Origin: Dehalococcoidia bacterium
GTDB taxonomy: Bacteria > Chloroflexota > Dehalococcoidia > Plut-88900
NCBI GenBank assembly: GCA_965249275.1
Contig: CBDFLQ010000007.1
Location: forward strand, 800,001-864,000
DNA: 64,000 nucleotides
Reading direction: 5' to 3'
The notes below the pieces were generated by a model. That model worked only from the letters and a program-made list of their open reading frames with translations, did no database searches and was not told where the DNA came from. Position numbers and translations under genes: made by a program. The stretch's first letter is position 1. Every line of letters starts with the position of its first letter. This document shows, piece by piece, positions 17,498 through 27,482 of the stretch.

Positions 17498-18670
17498 ATG
17501 CTGTTTGGCAGCGTCTTCATGTTCAGGGACCCGGGCCTATCCACTCCATACGACCAACTCGTTAGGGAGATGAGGGAGTACGTGCTGATGATGGAGGAGT
17601 TGGGTTTCGACTACCTTTGGCTCGGGGAGCACCACCTGGGGCTGGAGGGGTTCGGCAACTCTCCCAACCCACTTATGGTCGCCGCGGACATGGCGAGCCG
17701 TACAAAGAACATGCGTATCGGGTTTGCCTGCCTGGTCCCGACGCTCTGGCATCCGCTGAGACTGGCCGAGGACGTGGCCACACTTGACCACCTCACTGAA
17801 GGCCGGATAGAGATCGGGTTTGGCCGGGGGCCCTGGCCCCGGGACACGGTGCCTTTCCACCCGAACGCGGACCCGCGAGACAAGGCCACGTCTCGGCAGC
17901 TGATGCGGGAGAACATCGAGATTCTGGTCAAGGCCTGGACGGAGGACGTGTTCTCCCACCAGGGCGAGAACTGGACTCTGCCCCCGCCGGAGATACCGTG
18001 GAACACCCCTTTCGCGCCGCCCGACCCCAGGGCGACCAAGGACGGGATAATTACGAAGCTGGCCGTTTACCCGAAGCCGTACCAGAAGCCTTATCCGCAA
18101 TTGTGGGGTACGGTATCGTCGCCGAACTCGCTGAAGCAGACGGCGGAATTGGGGTTCAACGCGGTGACGTGGAGGCCCTCGGTGCTACAGATCCGGGAAT
18201 GGTGCGAGATATACGCGTCCATCAGGTCGGAGAGGGAGGGTAGGCCGTTTGGGTTGGGGGAGGGGTGGGCGGTACAAAGGAACACCTACGTCGCCGACTC
18301 CATGGAGGAGGCTAAGGACGATGCAGAGGAGGCGTTCCTGAGAGCTCACGGCTTTGTGAGCAGCTTCCACACCGACATGACCCAGTCCCTTCGGTTCTAC
18401 ATGAACCCGGGGGAGAAACCGACGCCCGATATGAATCTCGACTGGGACTTTCTGAATGAGCGCCAATTCCTCGCCGGACCCCCGGACCACGTCGCCGAGA
18501 AGGTGCACGAGCTTCAGGAGGTCTGCGGCGTGAACCACCTTCTGACCAACTTCCCCGGCGGCGGTGGGATACCCCATCACAAAGTGTTGCGCTCTCTCGA
18601 ACTGTTCGGCACAAAAGTCATGCCACAGTTCAGGAAAGAGTCCAAGCCCACGCCGTTGGCGGCAGGTTAG
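17498..18670 (+). CDS. LLM class flavin-dependent oxidoreductase
   Basis: WLGEHH, HPLRLAEDVATLDHLTEGR, GFGRG, YPKPYQKPYP, SLELFGTKVMP. Confidence 0.92.
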   Translation: MLFGSVFMFRDPGLSTPYDQLVREMREYVLMMEELGFDYLWLGEHHLGLEGFGNSPNPLMVAADMASRTKNMRIGFACLVPTLWHPLRLAEDVATLDHLTEGRIEIGFGRGPWPRDTVPFHPNADPRDKATSRQLMRENIEILVKAWTEDVFSHQGENWTLPPPEIPWNTPFAPPDPRATKDGIITKLAVYPKPYQKPYPQLWGTVSSPNSLKQTAELGFNAVTWRPSVLQIREWCEIYASIRSEREGRPFGLGEGWAVQRNTYVADSMEEAKDDAEEAFLRAHGFVSSFHTDMTQSLRFYMNPGEKPTPDMNLDWDFLNERQFLAGPPDHVAEKVHELQEVCGVNHLLTNFPGGGGIPHHKVLRSLELFGTKVMPQFRKESKPTPLAAG

Positions 18671-18694
18671 GGTATGGGCCCGCTAAGGGATTTC

Positions 18695-18752
18695 ACTCTC
18701 ACTCTCCTCAGCGAGCCTACGGCGCTAGCCCTCTCCCATCGAGGGAGAGGGC
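18695..18752. repeat. REP-like palindrome (ccctctccc...gggagaggg type)
   Basis: gccctctccc(18728-18737)-atcga-gggagagggc(18743-18752), preceded by actctcactc. Confidence 0.65.
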
Positions 18753-18769
18753 ACCGGAGGAGTGGATAA

Positions 18770-20539
18770 TTGCTGCCTAGAAGAAGCAAAGTAGAGCACA
18801 CGCGGGCCACATCTCTAACAGGCGAGACTAACGTCGCCGTTCCGATGAGGGACGGCACCGTACTCCGGGCGGACGTGTATCGTCCAAGCGGACCGGGAAA
18901 GTGGCCCGTGCTCCTGTCCCGGATACCTTACGGAAAGCATAAGCCGCGGTACCGGACACTGCACTTGGACGTCGTGAGAGCAGCGGCTCGCGGGTATGCG
19001 GTGGTGATACAGGACGTGAGGGGCAGACATGCTTCGGAGGGGGAATGGTACCCGTTCAGGTTCGATGGTCAGGACGGATTCGACACCGTAGAATGGTGCG
19101 CTTCCCAGCCGTGGAGCGACGGTAACGTGGGGATGTTCGGGATGTCGTACCACGGAGCCACACAATGGCTGGCCGCCGCCGAGTCCCCGCCATCCCTCAG
19201 GGCGATTGCTCCCGGCTTGACCTCGGCCGACCTCTACGACAGCTGGACGTACCTCGGCGGGGCCTTCGGGTTGTGGTGGACGGGCCACTGGTCGGCGGGT
19301 TTCGTGCTGGACAACCTCGCAGACACGCCGCCGGAGCTGAAAGATGCCGTCGCAGAGACACGCAAATGGGCCCGCGAGCCCATGGCTCTGTCGACCCACC
19401 TGCCCATTCGGGACATGCCCGGCCTTAAGAAAGTCGCCGATTACTACTACGACTGGATGGACCACCCGACATACGACGATTATTGGAAGAAGATCGGGGC
19501 GTGGGACCGGCTAGCCAACGTTAAGGTGCCTGTTCTGAGCATCGGCGGGTACTTCGACAGTTTCATCAGGGGAACTCTGCGCTCCTACGGATGGTTGAAG
19601 GAAAATGGGTCGACTGACGCTGTACGAGAGCAGCAGCACATGGTCCTGGGACCGTGGATACACAGCCATCTGCTTCCCGCCAACGCAGGACAGCGGTATT
19701 TCGGAGGTGGGGCGTCGGGGGATGGAATCGACTATCACGGGATGGTGCTGGCGTGGTACGACCACTGGCTGAAGGGAGAGGACAACGGGATTACCACCGA
19801 CCCGCGGGCCTACTATTTCACGATGGGCGACAACCAATGGCAGGAGGCCGAGTCCTGGCCTCCCACGGCTCGAGACACGTCCTTCTTCCTCCGGAGCGGG
19901 GGTCGAGCCAATAGCAGGCACGGCGACGGGTCACTCAGCCTCGAGGCACCAAGAGAACAAGAGCCCGGCGATTCCTACCTGCACAATCCTCTGAACCCCG
20001 TCCCGACAGTCGGTGGGCCCTACGTCCGCGGGATACCGGGCTTTGTTGACGCAGGTTCGATAGAACAGACGGCCGCCGAGGTTCGGGAGGATGTGCTGAT
20101 ATACACCTCCGCGCCGATGGATAAGCGGCGGGAAGTGACAGGGCAGGTCCAGCTAGTCTTGTGGGCAGCATCGTCGGCACGGGACACGGACTGGGCGGTC
20201 ACAGTTAGCGTAGTTGAGCCGAGCGGTGCATCCTATAACGTATGCGAAGGGATATTAAGGGCGTCGTACCGGGAATCGCTGGAAGCGCCAGCCCCGATAG
20301 AACCGGGCCAGGTCTATGAATACACGATAGATTTGGGCCCAACCTCCATAGCATTCCAGCCGGGGCAGTCTATACGACTGCGGATTGCGTCCAGCAACTT
20401 CCCGGCTTTTGCAAGAAACCTCGGGACGGGAAGCCAGGCTCATATGGCGTCGGCGGCTGATGCTGTCACTGCTGTTCAGACGGTACTGCACGATGCGGCG
20501 CACCCTTCACGGCTTGTGTTGCCGGTAGTCGAATCTTAG
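18770..20539 (+). CDS. CocE/NonD family hydrolase
   Basis: VPMRDGTVLRADVYRP, QDVRGR, GMSYHG nucleophile, GPWIH, RIASSNFP. Confidence 0.93.
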   Translation: MLPRRSKVEHTRATSLTGETNVAVPMRDGTVLRADVYRPSGPGKWPVLLSRIPYGKHKPRYRTLHLDVVRAAARGYAVVIQDVRGRHASEGEWYPFRFDGQDGFDTVEWCASQPWSDGNVGMFGMSYHGATQWLAAAESPPSLRAIAPGLTSADLYDSWTYLGGAFGLWWTGHWSAGFVLDNLADTPPELKDAVAETRKWAREPMALSTHLPIRDMPGLKKVADYYYDWMDHPTYDDYWKKIGAWDRLANVKVPVLSIGGYFDSFIRGTLRSYGWLKENGSTDAVREQQHMVLGPWIHSHLLPANAGQRYFGGGASGDGIDYHGMVLAWYDHWLKGEDNGITTDPRAYYFTMGDNQWQEAESWPPTARDTSFFLRSGGRANSRHGDGSLSLEAPREQEPGDSYLHNPLNPVPTVGGPYVRGIPGFVDAGSIEQTAAEVREDVLIYTSAPMDKRREVTGQVQLVLWAASSARDTDWAVTVSVVEPSGASYNVCEGILRASYRESLEAPAPIEPGQVYEYTIDLGPTSIAFQPGQSIRLRIASSNFPAFARNLGTGSQAHMASAADAVTAVQTVLHDAAHPSRLVLPVVES

Positions 20540-20571
20540 TCCCGCAAGCGTAGCCCCAGGGGGGAAAGCCG

Positions 20572-21606
20572 ATGAAGGCAGATTTCAGTGTAGGCATGGG
20601 CCGGAACTTGGCTATCTCAGAGGTGGCATCTCATTCGAGGCTGGCGGAAGACTGCGGCTTCTCCCACCTAACCATGATCGACTCTCAGAACCTCTCCCGC
20701 GACGTGTACTCGATGATGACCCTTGCGGCGCTCAACACGAACCGTATCAAGATCGGGCACGGCGTGACGAACCCGTTCACCCGGCACCCATCGGTGACGG
20801 CCACCGCGTCGGCGACGATAAACGAGGTGTCGGGCGGCAGAGCGTTCGTGGGGATCGGGGCTGGGTTCAGCTCGGTGATGACTATGGGCATGAACGCCAG
20901 AACCATGCAGGAGTTCCGAGACACGGTGCAGTTCATAAAGGACTACACAGCGGGCCGGGAAGTGGAGTATCACGGATCAAAGATGCACTCGGAATGGATA
21001 CGGAAGCCCGTGCCCGTCTATATGGCATCCATAGGGTTGCGCTCGTTGCGGATGGCGGGGGAGCTGGCAGACGGCGTCATGCTGGGGGGAGTCCACCCGG
21101 AGATGATGAAGTGGAACCTGGAACAGATTGCTCGGGGCGCAGAATCGGTAGGTCGGGACCCGGGAGAGATAGACATCTGGGCAAGGACAGAGATCCTGGT
21201 GGCCGATTCCAAGGAGGAGGCTCGCCGGGAGGTGGCATCCTACGCCATGAGCTGGGCTTGTAGTTTCTACGGATCACTGTTCCGTCGGAAAGCCCCCGAG
21301 ATAGAGGACCTGCGCCAGCGTATCGAGCGTGCGGAGCCGGGTCTTATAGACGAGATGCGGATTGCCTACGAAGCCTTCGACCCGTACCAGCACGAGAAGA
21401 CGGACGCCGACCACGCCAAGCTGGCATCCCAAAGACTGATCGACTTCTACCTGATGCCCGGCACCCCCGATGATATCGGGGAACAGATATCAGGGGTGCT
21501 GCCCCTGGGAGTCAACAACATCTCCACGGTGCTATTCACCATCATCGACAAGAAGGGGATGATGAGGCGGATCAGCAGGGAGATTATGCCGATGTTTAGC
21601 GACTAG
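20572..21606 (+). CDS. LLM class oxidoreductase (Mer-like subgroup)
   Basis: DSQNLSRD, GVTNPFTRHPSVTA, GGRAFVGIGAG, LRMAGELADG. Confidence 0.9.
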   Translation: MKADFSVGMGRNLAISEVASHSRLAEDCGFSHLTMIDSQNLSRDVYSMMTLAALNTNRIKIGHGVTNPFTRHPSVTATASATINEVSGGRAFVGIGAGFSSVMTMGMNARTMQEFRDTVQFIKDYTAGREVEYHGSKMHSEWIRKPVPVYMASIGLRSLRMAGELADGVMLGGVHPEMMKWNLEQIARGAESVGRDPGEIDIWARTEILVADSKEEARREVASYAMSWACSFYGSLFRRKAPEIEDLRQRIERAEPGLIDEMRIAYEAFDPYQHEKTDADHAKLASQRLIDFYLMPGTPDDIGEQISGVLPLGVNNISTVLFTIIDKKGMMRRISREIMPMFSD

Positions 21607-21638
21607 GAGCCGCTTGCGCTCCTTGGCTCGGTGCCCGA

Positions 21639-22727
21639 CTAACCTCGCTTCTGCGTTTGGGCCCATTCAGGGTCTGATGCCGTGACGAGGCTGGGGATTG
21701 TAAAGCGGAAGTCGCAGACCTTGTCACCTCGAGTTTTCACCTTGGACCAGCCGACCACTCCATCGGGGTGAAAACCCTCCACCAGTCCTCTGTGGACTTC
21801 CATGTCGTAGATGTACCCGAAAGCCAGGCCGCGCTGGCCTTCTTCGGCCCAGACCTCGGCACAGGGGCAGTAGGTGCAGGTAGAGTGCATGACTCCGGGC
21901 GAGAGATGATTGGAGCCGCGGAACACGAAGGCCGTCGAGTTGGGGTCCCGACGCTCGATGATTTCGGTCCATGACTCGAAGTTGAGAGGCATTTCAGCGG
22001 CTAGGGCTTCTTCCTTCATTCCCTCGGCCCGTTCGTAGCCGAAATCGTAGAGGGACTTGCGCATGATCTCCTCACCCGAGGCGTCGAACCGAGCCTCGAG
22101 GGCCTGGGCCACGTACATGCCAAGGGAACCGAAGACACCGAATGTTCGCCGGGAGAAGCGGATTGAATCGGCTGTTTTTGCGAGGAGGTCTGAAGGCGGG
22201 GCGTCGGAGGCGTTTGAGGTATCGCCGGAGCAGGTGAAGGTGATGGTCAGCGGGCCGGAGGCGTCGGCAGGGATGTCAGAGTGGGAAACCGACATCTGCT
22301 CGTCGAATCCCTCGACGATACCCTGTAGGGTGTTGGTCCAGTAGGAGGCGAGAATCTCGCCTCCTTCGTGATTGGCAAAGTAGTCGCTGCCGGGGACGGT
22401 CGGAAGGGTTACGGTGACCTCTGCGGGTCCACCCTGGATTTGAACCACGGAGTCGGGGTGGGCGAAGACCAAGTCGGATACGTCCCAGGCCCTGAGGAGG
22501 GACAGGGCGTCGTTGCCTGAGGCAAGGGTGGCGGGATTTTGCCGCATCGATTCGCCGCGGTAATGGCCGCAGAGTCGGAATCCCTCTTCCAGGGCACGCA
22601 GACCCGCATCGCCGAGCCGGGTCCCGGTGTAGCGCCCCAGGTGTCTAAGGAGCATCCAGTAATATTCGTTGATAATCTTCAGGGCTGATATACGCTGGTC
22701 TCGGGAGTCAGCCGCGTTGGCGATCAT
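21639..22727 (-). CDS. L-2-amino-thiazoline-4-carboxylate hydrolase-like protein, internally duplicated
   Basis: C-half YCPCAEVW...GYIYD...GF...TRGDKVCDFRF; the N-half has a similar helical start but lacks the Cys residues. Confidence 0.65.
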   Translation of the reverse strand: MIANAADSRDQRISALKIINEYYWMLLRHLGRYTGTRLGDAGLRALEEGFRLCGHYRGESMRQNPATLASGNDALSLLRAWDVSDLVFAHPDSVVQIQGGPAEVTVTLPTVPGSDYFANHEGGEILASYWTNTLQGIVEGFDEQMSVSHSDIPADASGPLTITFTCSGDTSNASDAPPSDLLAKTADSIRFSRRTFGVFGSLGMYVAQALEARFDASGEEIMRKSLYDFGYERAEGMKEEALAAEMPLNFESWTEIIERRDPNSTAFVFRGSNHLSPGVMHSTCTYCPCAEVWAEEGQRGLAFGYIYDMEVHRGLVEGFHPDGVVGWSKVKTRGDKVCDFRFTIPSLVTASDPEWAQTQKRG

Positions 22728-22779
22728 GGCAATCTCCTTGTGAACTATGCCGGCAGACAGGACGCAGGGGCAGCCTAGG

Positions 22780-23922
22780 CTACCACTGTACGAACATGGG
22801 CATGACTACGTGGACGTAGCTGACGCCCTCGGAGGGAGAGAGGGGCCTGAGGACGCCCGGGCTGGAGGGGCTGGAAGTTTCCAGGGCGACCATACCGTGG
22901 CCCAGGACGCCAAGAACCTCAGTGAGGTACTTGGCGTTGAAGGCGATCTTCGCAGGGTCACCCTCAATGGTGGCGGTGATCTTGCCTTTGTTGTCGCCGA
23001 CTTCCTCGGAGCGGGCTTCGATGGATAGACCGCCGATACCGTCCTCTTCGCCTTCGAAGGTCTGCAAGCGGACTATGCCGCTGCCGTCCCGGGCAAAGAT
23101 AGATGCGGCGCGCGTGGCCCTGGCGAATTCTCCCACGTCAACTGTGGTCTTGGAAACGTGCTCCTTGGGGACCAGTTGGCTGTAGTTGGGGAAGGTGCCC
23201 TGGATAAGCTGTGAAACGACGGCGGCAGTCTCGAACTGGAACAAGACCTGGGTCTTGCCCTCGTTAACTTTGATCTTAACGGGGTAGTCCTTGCCGGATG
23301 CGAGGCGGCTCACTTCCTGGAGGGACTTCGCGGGCACGATGATAGCGCTGCTCTCGGGGACCTCGTCGGCGAGCTTGGTTTCGTGGACAGCCAGGCGAAA
23401 TCCGTCGGCCGCGGCAAGAACGAGTCCGCCGTCCTTGATCTCGATCTGGACGCCAGTCAGGACAGGGCGGGAATCCTCAGTAGCAGCAGCAAAGGCAACC
23501 CCATCAATAGCCTGCTTCAGGAGTTCAGTGCCTATGTTGACCTCGAAGCCGTCGTCGACGGTTGGAGTGGGGGGGAATTCCTCAGGATCCGTGCCCGCGA
23601 TGTTGGCCTGGAATCGGGCGCACGTGACATTGAGGCTCTTGCCTCCGGGTGCGCCGGTAAGGTGGACCTCCTCGGAGGGGAGAGACCCGACGAACTCACC
23701 GAGAAGACGAGCCGGTACGGTCACGACCCCTTCTTCCTCAACCTTGGCTCCGATCCAGGTGGTTATGGTAAGTTCAAGGTTGGTGGCCGAGAGTTTGAGT
23801 CGGCCTCCATCGGTGGAGATAAGGACATTACTGGTAATGGGGAGGGGAGTACGTGAGGCTACGGCTCGGCCTACGTCGGCTAGTGCAGCGTTCAAATTCT
23901 CCTGAAGACAGTCGACCTTCAT
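22780..23922 (-). CDS. dnaN: DNA polymerase III beta clamp
   Basis: LSATNLE, SRPVLTGV, AADGFRLA, GTFPNY, IAFNAKYL, VVMPM. Confidence 0.97.
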   Translation of the reverse strand: MKVDCLQENLNAALADVGRAVASRTPLPITSNVLISTDGGRLKLSATNLELTITTWIGAKVEEEGVVTVPARLLGEFVGSLPSEEVHLTGAPGGKSLNVTCARFQANIAGTDPEEFPPTPTVDDGFEVNIGTELLKQAIDGVAFAAATEDSRPVLTGVQIEIKDGGLVLAAADGFRLAVHETKLADEVPESSAIIVPAKSLQEVSRLASGKDYPVKIKVNEGKTQVLFQFETAAVVSQLIQGTFPNYSQLVPKEHVSKTTVDVGEFARATRAASIFARDGSGIVRLQTFEGEEDGIGGLSIEARSEEVGDNKGKITATIEGDPAKIAFNAKYLTEVLGVLGHGMVALETSSPSSPGVLRPLSPSEGVSYVHVVMPMFVQW

Positions 23923-23997
23923 TTGGGGGTTCCTAAGTAGGGGATTTGGGGCAAGTATACATCAGCGCCGAAAAACGGGTCTAGGGGAAAAGTTAAG

Positions 23998-24034
23998 AAA
24001 AAGGGCCTCTCGCACAGTGCGAGAGGCCCTTTTT
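23998..24034. terminator. Intrinsic terminator hairpin (A/T tails on both sides)
   Basis: aaaaagggcctctcgcac-a-gtgcgagaggcccttttt, downstream of the 24057-24299 gene. Confidence 0.85.
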
Positions 24035-24056
24035 CCGTGGTCAGGGTCTGTGCCGG

Positions 24057-24299
24057 TTAGAGCCCTACGGCGAGGCGTATGACCAAGATGAACAGGCCCA
24101 GCAGCAGGATACCGCTGAGAATGGTCAACCTGTGGTCTTGAAGGATCGGCTTGAAAGGCCGCAGAAAGGGCATTACAACAGCCGAGTAGGGCCCCTCAAA
24201 AGGCTGCATTAGCAGCTCGACCAACTGGAAGATCGGTTTCAGGATGGGGACCAGGACCATATCGTACAGGCTGAGGATCGGTTTTAAGAGCATGTCCAT
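24057..24299 (-). CDS. Small hydrophobic membrane protein with periodic prolines
   Basis: AGGAG RBS; KPI(L/F) repeated three times; C-terminal TM helix; followed by a terminator. Confidence 0.65.
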   Translation of the reverse strand: MDMLLKPILSLYDMVLVPILKPIFQLVELLMQPFEGPYSAVVMPFLRPFKPILQDHRLTILSGILLLGLFILVIRLAVGL

Positions 24300-24339
24300 G
24301 ATTACACTCCTGCTTTATGGTGTTCAATCAACCCCTATG

Positions 24340-24864
24340 CTAGCTCCACAGAACGCCGAGGTGACCCGAGGCGATCATGAAGAAGAGCATGGGTATGGAG
24401 AGGAGCGTATTGGTCCGGGAGGCGAGAAGCGCCGTGCCAGCCCAGGACGCGTCGGGACCGGGGGCGTCGGGATTTTCCGACTGAGCGACGTTCGCGGCGA
24501 TAATCTTCTTCTGATTGGGCCAGATGATCAGCCAGACGTTCAGGAACATGATGGTGCCGAGTCCGGCGCCGATCATGAGGGACTTGAATGAGGCCGATTC
24601 TATGTACCCATCCCAACTTCCAAGCTGGAAACCGCGGGAGATTATCCAGGCGGTGCCACCAAGGAAGGTGATTAGGGCGGACCAACGGAACCACCACAGG
24701 GCCGTAGGCACAAGGTTGACGAAAGCGTCTCGCCTGGAGCCTCCCTCCATCTTAGGGAAAGAAGTGGTCTGAACAAAGTTGAAGTAGTATAGGAGCCCTA
24801 TCCACGTGATCCCTGCGATGACATGAACCCAGCGCAGGGAACCCATGTAGTATTCCCAAGCCAT
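24340..24864 (-). CDS. Urate hydroxylase PuuD N-terminal-like membrane protein (no cytochrome c domain)
   Basis: RWVHVIAGITWIGLLYYFN, WFRWSA, MFLNVWLIIWPNQKK, SRTNT; ATG at 24864 after GGAGG. Confidence 0.8.
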   Translation of the reverse strand: MAWEYYMGSLRWVHVIAGITWIGLLYYFNFVQTTSFPKMEGGSRRDAFVNLVPTALWWFRWSALITFLGGTAWIISRGFQLGSWDGYIESASFKSLMIGAGLGTIMFLNVWLIIWPNQKKIIAANVAQSENPDAPGPDASWAGTALLASRTNTLLSIPMLFFMIASGHLGVLWS

Positions 24865-25093
24865 AGCGTCCTCCGTAGTTTCTTGTAATTTCCGAGAATC
24901 GAGGTTATGGCAACCGCCCATCCAAGGTCCTCAGAATCCGCCAAATGAACCAACGGTGTACGTACCCTGCTTCTCCCCCTTTCCTGAAGCTTTTCGGCGT
25001 CCGGGCGGACGCCAGAACAGGACCAATGGAGTGAATATACTACAATGGGGCGTCTATTCCAAGGGGCGGGGGGTGCGGGATGCCCAGCGACAT

Positions 25094-25432
25094 TCAGCCT
25101 CCCAGCAGGGCGATGAAGTCTTCCCTGGGTGGGGAAAAGATGTCCAGAGCCAGGGCCTTGCCAGAAGTTGCGACGGCCCGGTGCACGACACCCGAAGGTA
25201 CTAAGTAAGCGTCGCCCTTCTTAATCATGCGTACGTCGCCGTCTATGGTGAGCTCAAACTCACCTTCCAGGCACATGCCGGCCTGCTCGTTGGGGTGGGT
25301 GTGGTTCGGGACCTCGGCGCCGGGTTCCAGGGTGATGAACACCATCATGACCTTGTCGCCCCAAAGGGGTTGTATGTGGGCGCCAGGGGCAATTTCCTTG
25401 CTCTTCAGGGCCTTGGGGTCGTAGAAGGGCAT
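25094..25432 (-). CDS. Cupin domain protein
   Basis: HTHPNEQ, VPSGVVH, DIFSPPRED; ATG at 25432 after AGGAG. Confidence 0.85.
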   Translation of the reverse strand: MPFYDPKALKSKEIAPGAHIQPLWGDKVMMVFITLEPGAEVPNHTHPNEQAGMCLEGEFELTIDGDVRMIKKGDAYLVPSGVVHRAVATSGKALALDIFSPPREDFIALLGG

Positions 25433-25533
25433 TACTGTTCTCCTTGGCTGTGATATAAGTCCGAACGGCGGGGACATGTTACCACTCCGGGAAATGTATA
25501 ATGGCTTGACAGCAAGCATTTGGGGGAGGGGAT

Positions 25534-26541
25534 ATGAAGGCTCAACGAATAATCTCGACCATCGATTCGCACACTGCAGGGGAACGGACGCGGATGATTA
25601 CGGGGGGTGTGCAGAACATCCCGGGTTCGAGCATGGCGGAGAAGAAGAGCTATTTCATCGAGCACCTGGACTCGGTGAGGAAAGTGTTGACGCTGGAGCC
25701 TCGGGGGGACGCCGAGCTTATCGGCGCGGTGCTTACGACCCCGGTGAACGAGGGGAGCGACTTGGGCGTGATGTTCTTCGACTCCCTGGGCTTCGAAGGG
25801 ATGTGCGGGCACGGCACCATCGGAATTGTCACCACGCTTATCGAGACCGGGCAGATTACGCCGGTACATCCCTTTACCGAAGTAAGGCTGGACACGGTTA
25901 CCGGTACTGTAGAGGCGCGTGCCAAGGTCGACCACGAAGGCAATGTGTCGGAGGTGACCATCCGCAACGTGCCTTCCTTCGTCTACATGCAGGACGCACA
26001 AGTTGACTTCGAAGGCGGCAAGGTGCTGACGGACATCGTGTACGGGGGCAACTTCTTCGCGATACTGCCGGTGGAGCGGCTGGGGATGGAGCTAGCCCCG
26101 AGCAACGTGGGCAAACTGGTGGAGCGGGGCATCGCCTTTCGGGATGCGGCGCGGGAGCAGCTTGAGATAAGCCATCCCACGGAGCCCGACATCAACCCGT
26201 TGCATGGTGTAGAGATGTACGTGGACAACCCTTCGCCGGGAGTTCACGCACGAAACATCATGACGTTTGCCCAACACTCGTTTGATCGGTCGCCGTGTGG
26301 GACGGGAACGTCGGCGCGGTTGGCGCTGCTTCACGCCCAAGGCCGCCTGGAAGTGGGGGAGGAATTCGTACACGAAAGCATTCTGGGCACGGTGTTCCGC
26401 AGCCGGATAGTCGAAGAGAGCAGAGTGGACGGGTATCCGGCGATCATACCGGAGGTCACCGGGTCGGCGTACCTGACGGGATCACACCAATTCTACATCG
26501 ACAGCCGCGACCCGTTGAAAGAAGGATTCCTGCTGGGATAG
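25534..26541 (+). CDS. Proline racemase/hydroxyproline epimerase family
   Basis: DSHTAGE, LEPRG, MCGHG and DRSPCGTG: both catalytic Cys present. Confidence 0.92.
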   Translation: MKAQRIISTIDSHTAGERTRMITGGVQNIPGSSMAEKKSYFIEHLDSVRKVLTLEPRGDAELIGAVLTTPVNEGSDLGVMFFDSLGFEGMCGHGTIGIVTTLIETGQITPVHPFTEVRLDTVTGTVEARAKVDHEGNVSEVTIRNVPSFVYMQDAQVDFEGGKVLTDIVYGGNFFAILPVERLGMELAPSNVGKLVERGIAFRDAAREQLEISHPTEPDINPLHGVEMYVDNPSPGVHARNIMTFAQHSFDRSPCGTGTSARLALLHAQGRLEVGEEFVHESILGTVFRSRIVEESRVDGYPAIIPEVTGSAYLTGSHQFYIDSRDPLKEGFLLG

Positions 26542-26570
26542 AGGGATGGGGCCAAGGGGCCCGGACGGAA

Positions 26571-26879
26571 CTAGCTATCCAATAGGGCGTCCCAGGGATT
26601 GACGAAGGAGCGGATGGAGATGGGTTGGTCCAGCAGGGGCTCGAGGGTCTTGACGGACGCCTCGTGCTGGGGACTCGAGTCCCACTTCTCCCAATCCTCT
26701 AAGGAGTGCCAGGTACTGACGATAATGACGGTGCGGGGGTCTGCAGTGTCGGAGAGGGTCTCGCCGGAAACGTAGCCTGGGAAGGTAGTGGCATGCTCTC
26801 GCATTTCCAGGATTTTATCGGAAGCCTCGGACTCTTGGCCTTCTTTGATGTGTCTTTCGATAAGGACTCGTACTAGCAT
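26571..26879 (-). CDS. Antibiotic biosynthesis monooxygenase (ABM) family protein
   Basis: PGYVSGETL, IVSTWHSLEDWEKW pattern; 102 aa. Confidence 0.8.
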   Translation of the reverse strand: MLVRVLIERHIKEGQESEASDKILEMREHATTFPGYVSGETLSDTADPRTVIIVSTWHSLEDWEKWDSSPQHEASVKTLEPLLDQPISIRSFVNPWDALLDS

Positions 26880-27039
26880 GATCTCATCTCCCTTCAGCCT
26901 GGGGCCGCTGCCGAAGTCGGAGCGGAATCCGTTCTGCGGGGCCCGTTCGACGGCGGGTTAACGGGGCAATCTGTTGCAGCCGAAAATCGCCGTGGAGCAA
27001 TACTATTATAGCAACTGCGGATGAGCCGCGTTGCAGGAC

Positions 27040-27459
27040 CTAGCCGAACAACCCCTTTTTCTTCCTGCCGAGCTTCGACAGGAAGCCGAACCACTGAGCC
27101 TCAGCCTTTTGCTTACGGTCCAGGTCCTTGATGCGTTGCTTCATGGTATCGATGACCTTTTGGTCCTCGCCCTTGTCGAGCCAGTAGCCGTGCTCTTCCT
27201 TACAGGTGTCGATGGGGAGGTTGTAGGCCCGGTAGTTGAAGGTGGTCATACGGGCGCCGCAGACGGGGCAGTCGATGTCGCTGGCCCGTGGGTTGTACTC
27301 CATCATTCCCTTGAGCTCGTCCTTGTCGAAGGCGGTGTCTTCCAGCTGGTCGAGCTCGACGTGATCTAGCCACAGGCCGTCACAACTGGGACACCGGTCG
27401 ATATCGATGCCCTTGTGCTTTTCCAAGTTGAGGTCTACGGCGCATCTGGGACAGTTCAT
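27040..27459 (-). CDS. Tandem zf-TFIIB-like zinc-ribbon protein
   Basis: CPRC...IDRCPSCDGLWLDHVEL and CPVC...IDTCKEEHGYWLDKGE. Confidence 0.8.
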   Translation of the reverse strand: MNCPRCAVDLNLEKHKGIDIDRCPSCDGLWLDHVELDQLEDTAFDKDELKGMMEYNPRASDIDCPVCGARMTTFNYRAYNLPIDTCKEEHGYWLDKGEDQKVIDTMKQRIKDLDRKQKAEAQWFGFLSKLGRKKKGLFG

Positions 27460-27482
27460 GAATGTCTCTCCGGGGTTCGGGA

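Noticed and set aside
22780-24000. Replication origin near dnaN
   Set aside because: No dnaA and no DnaA-box (TTATCCACA) cluster seen.
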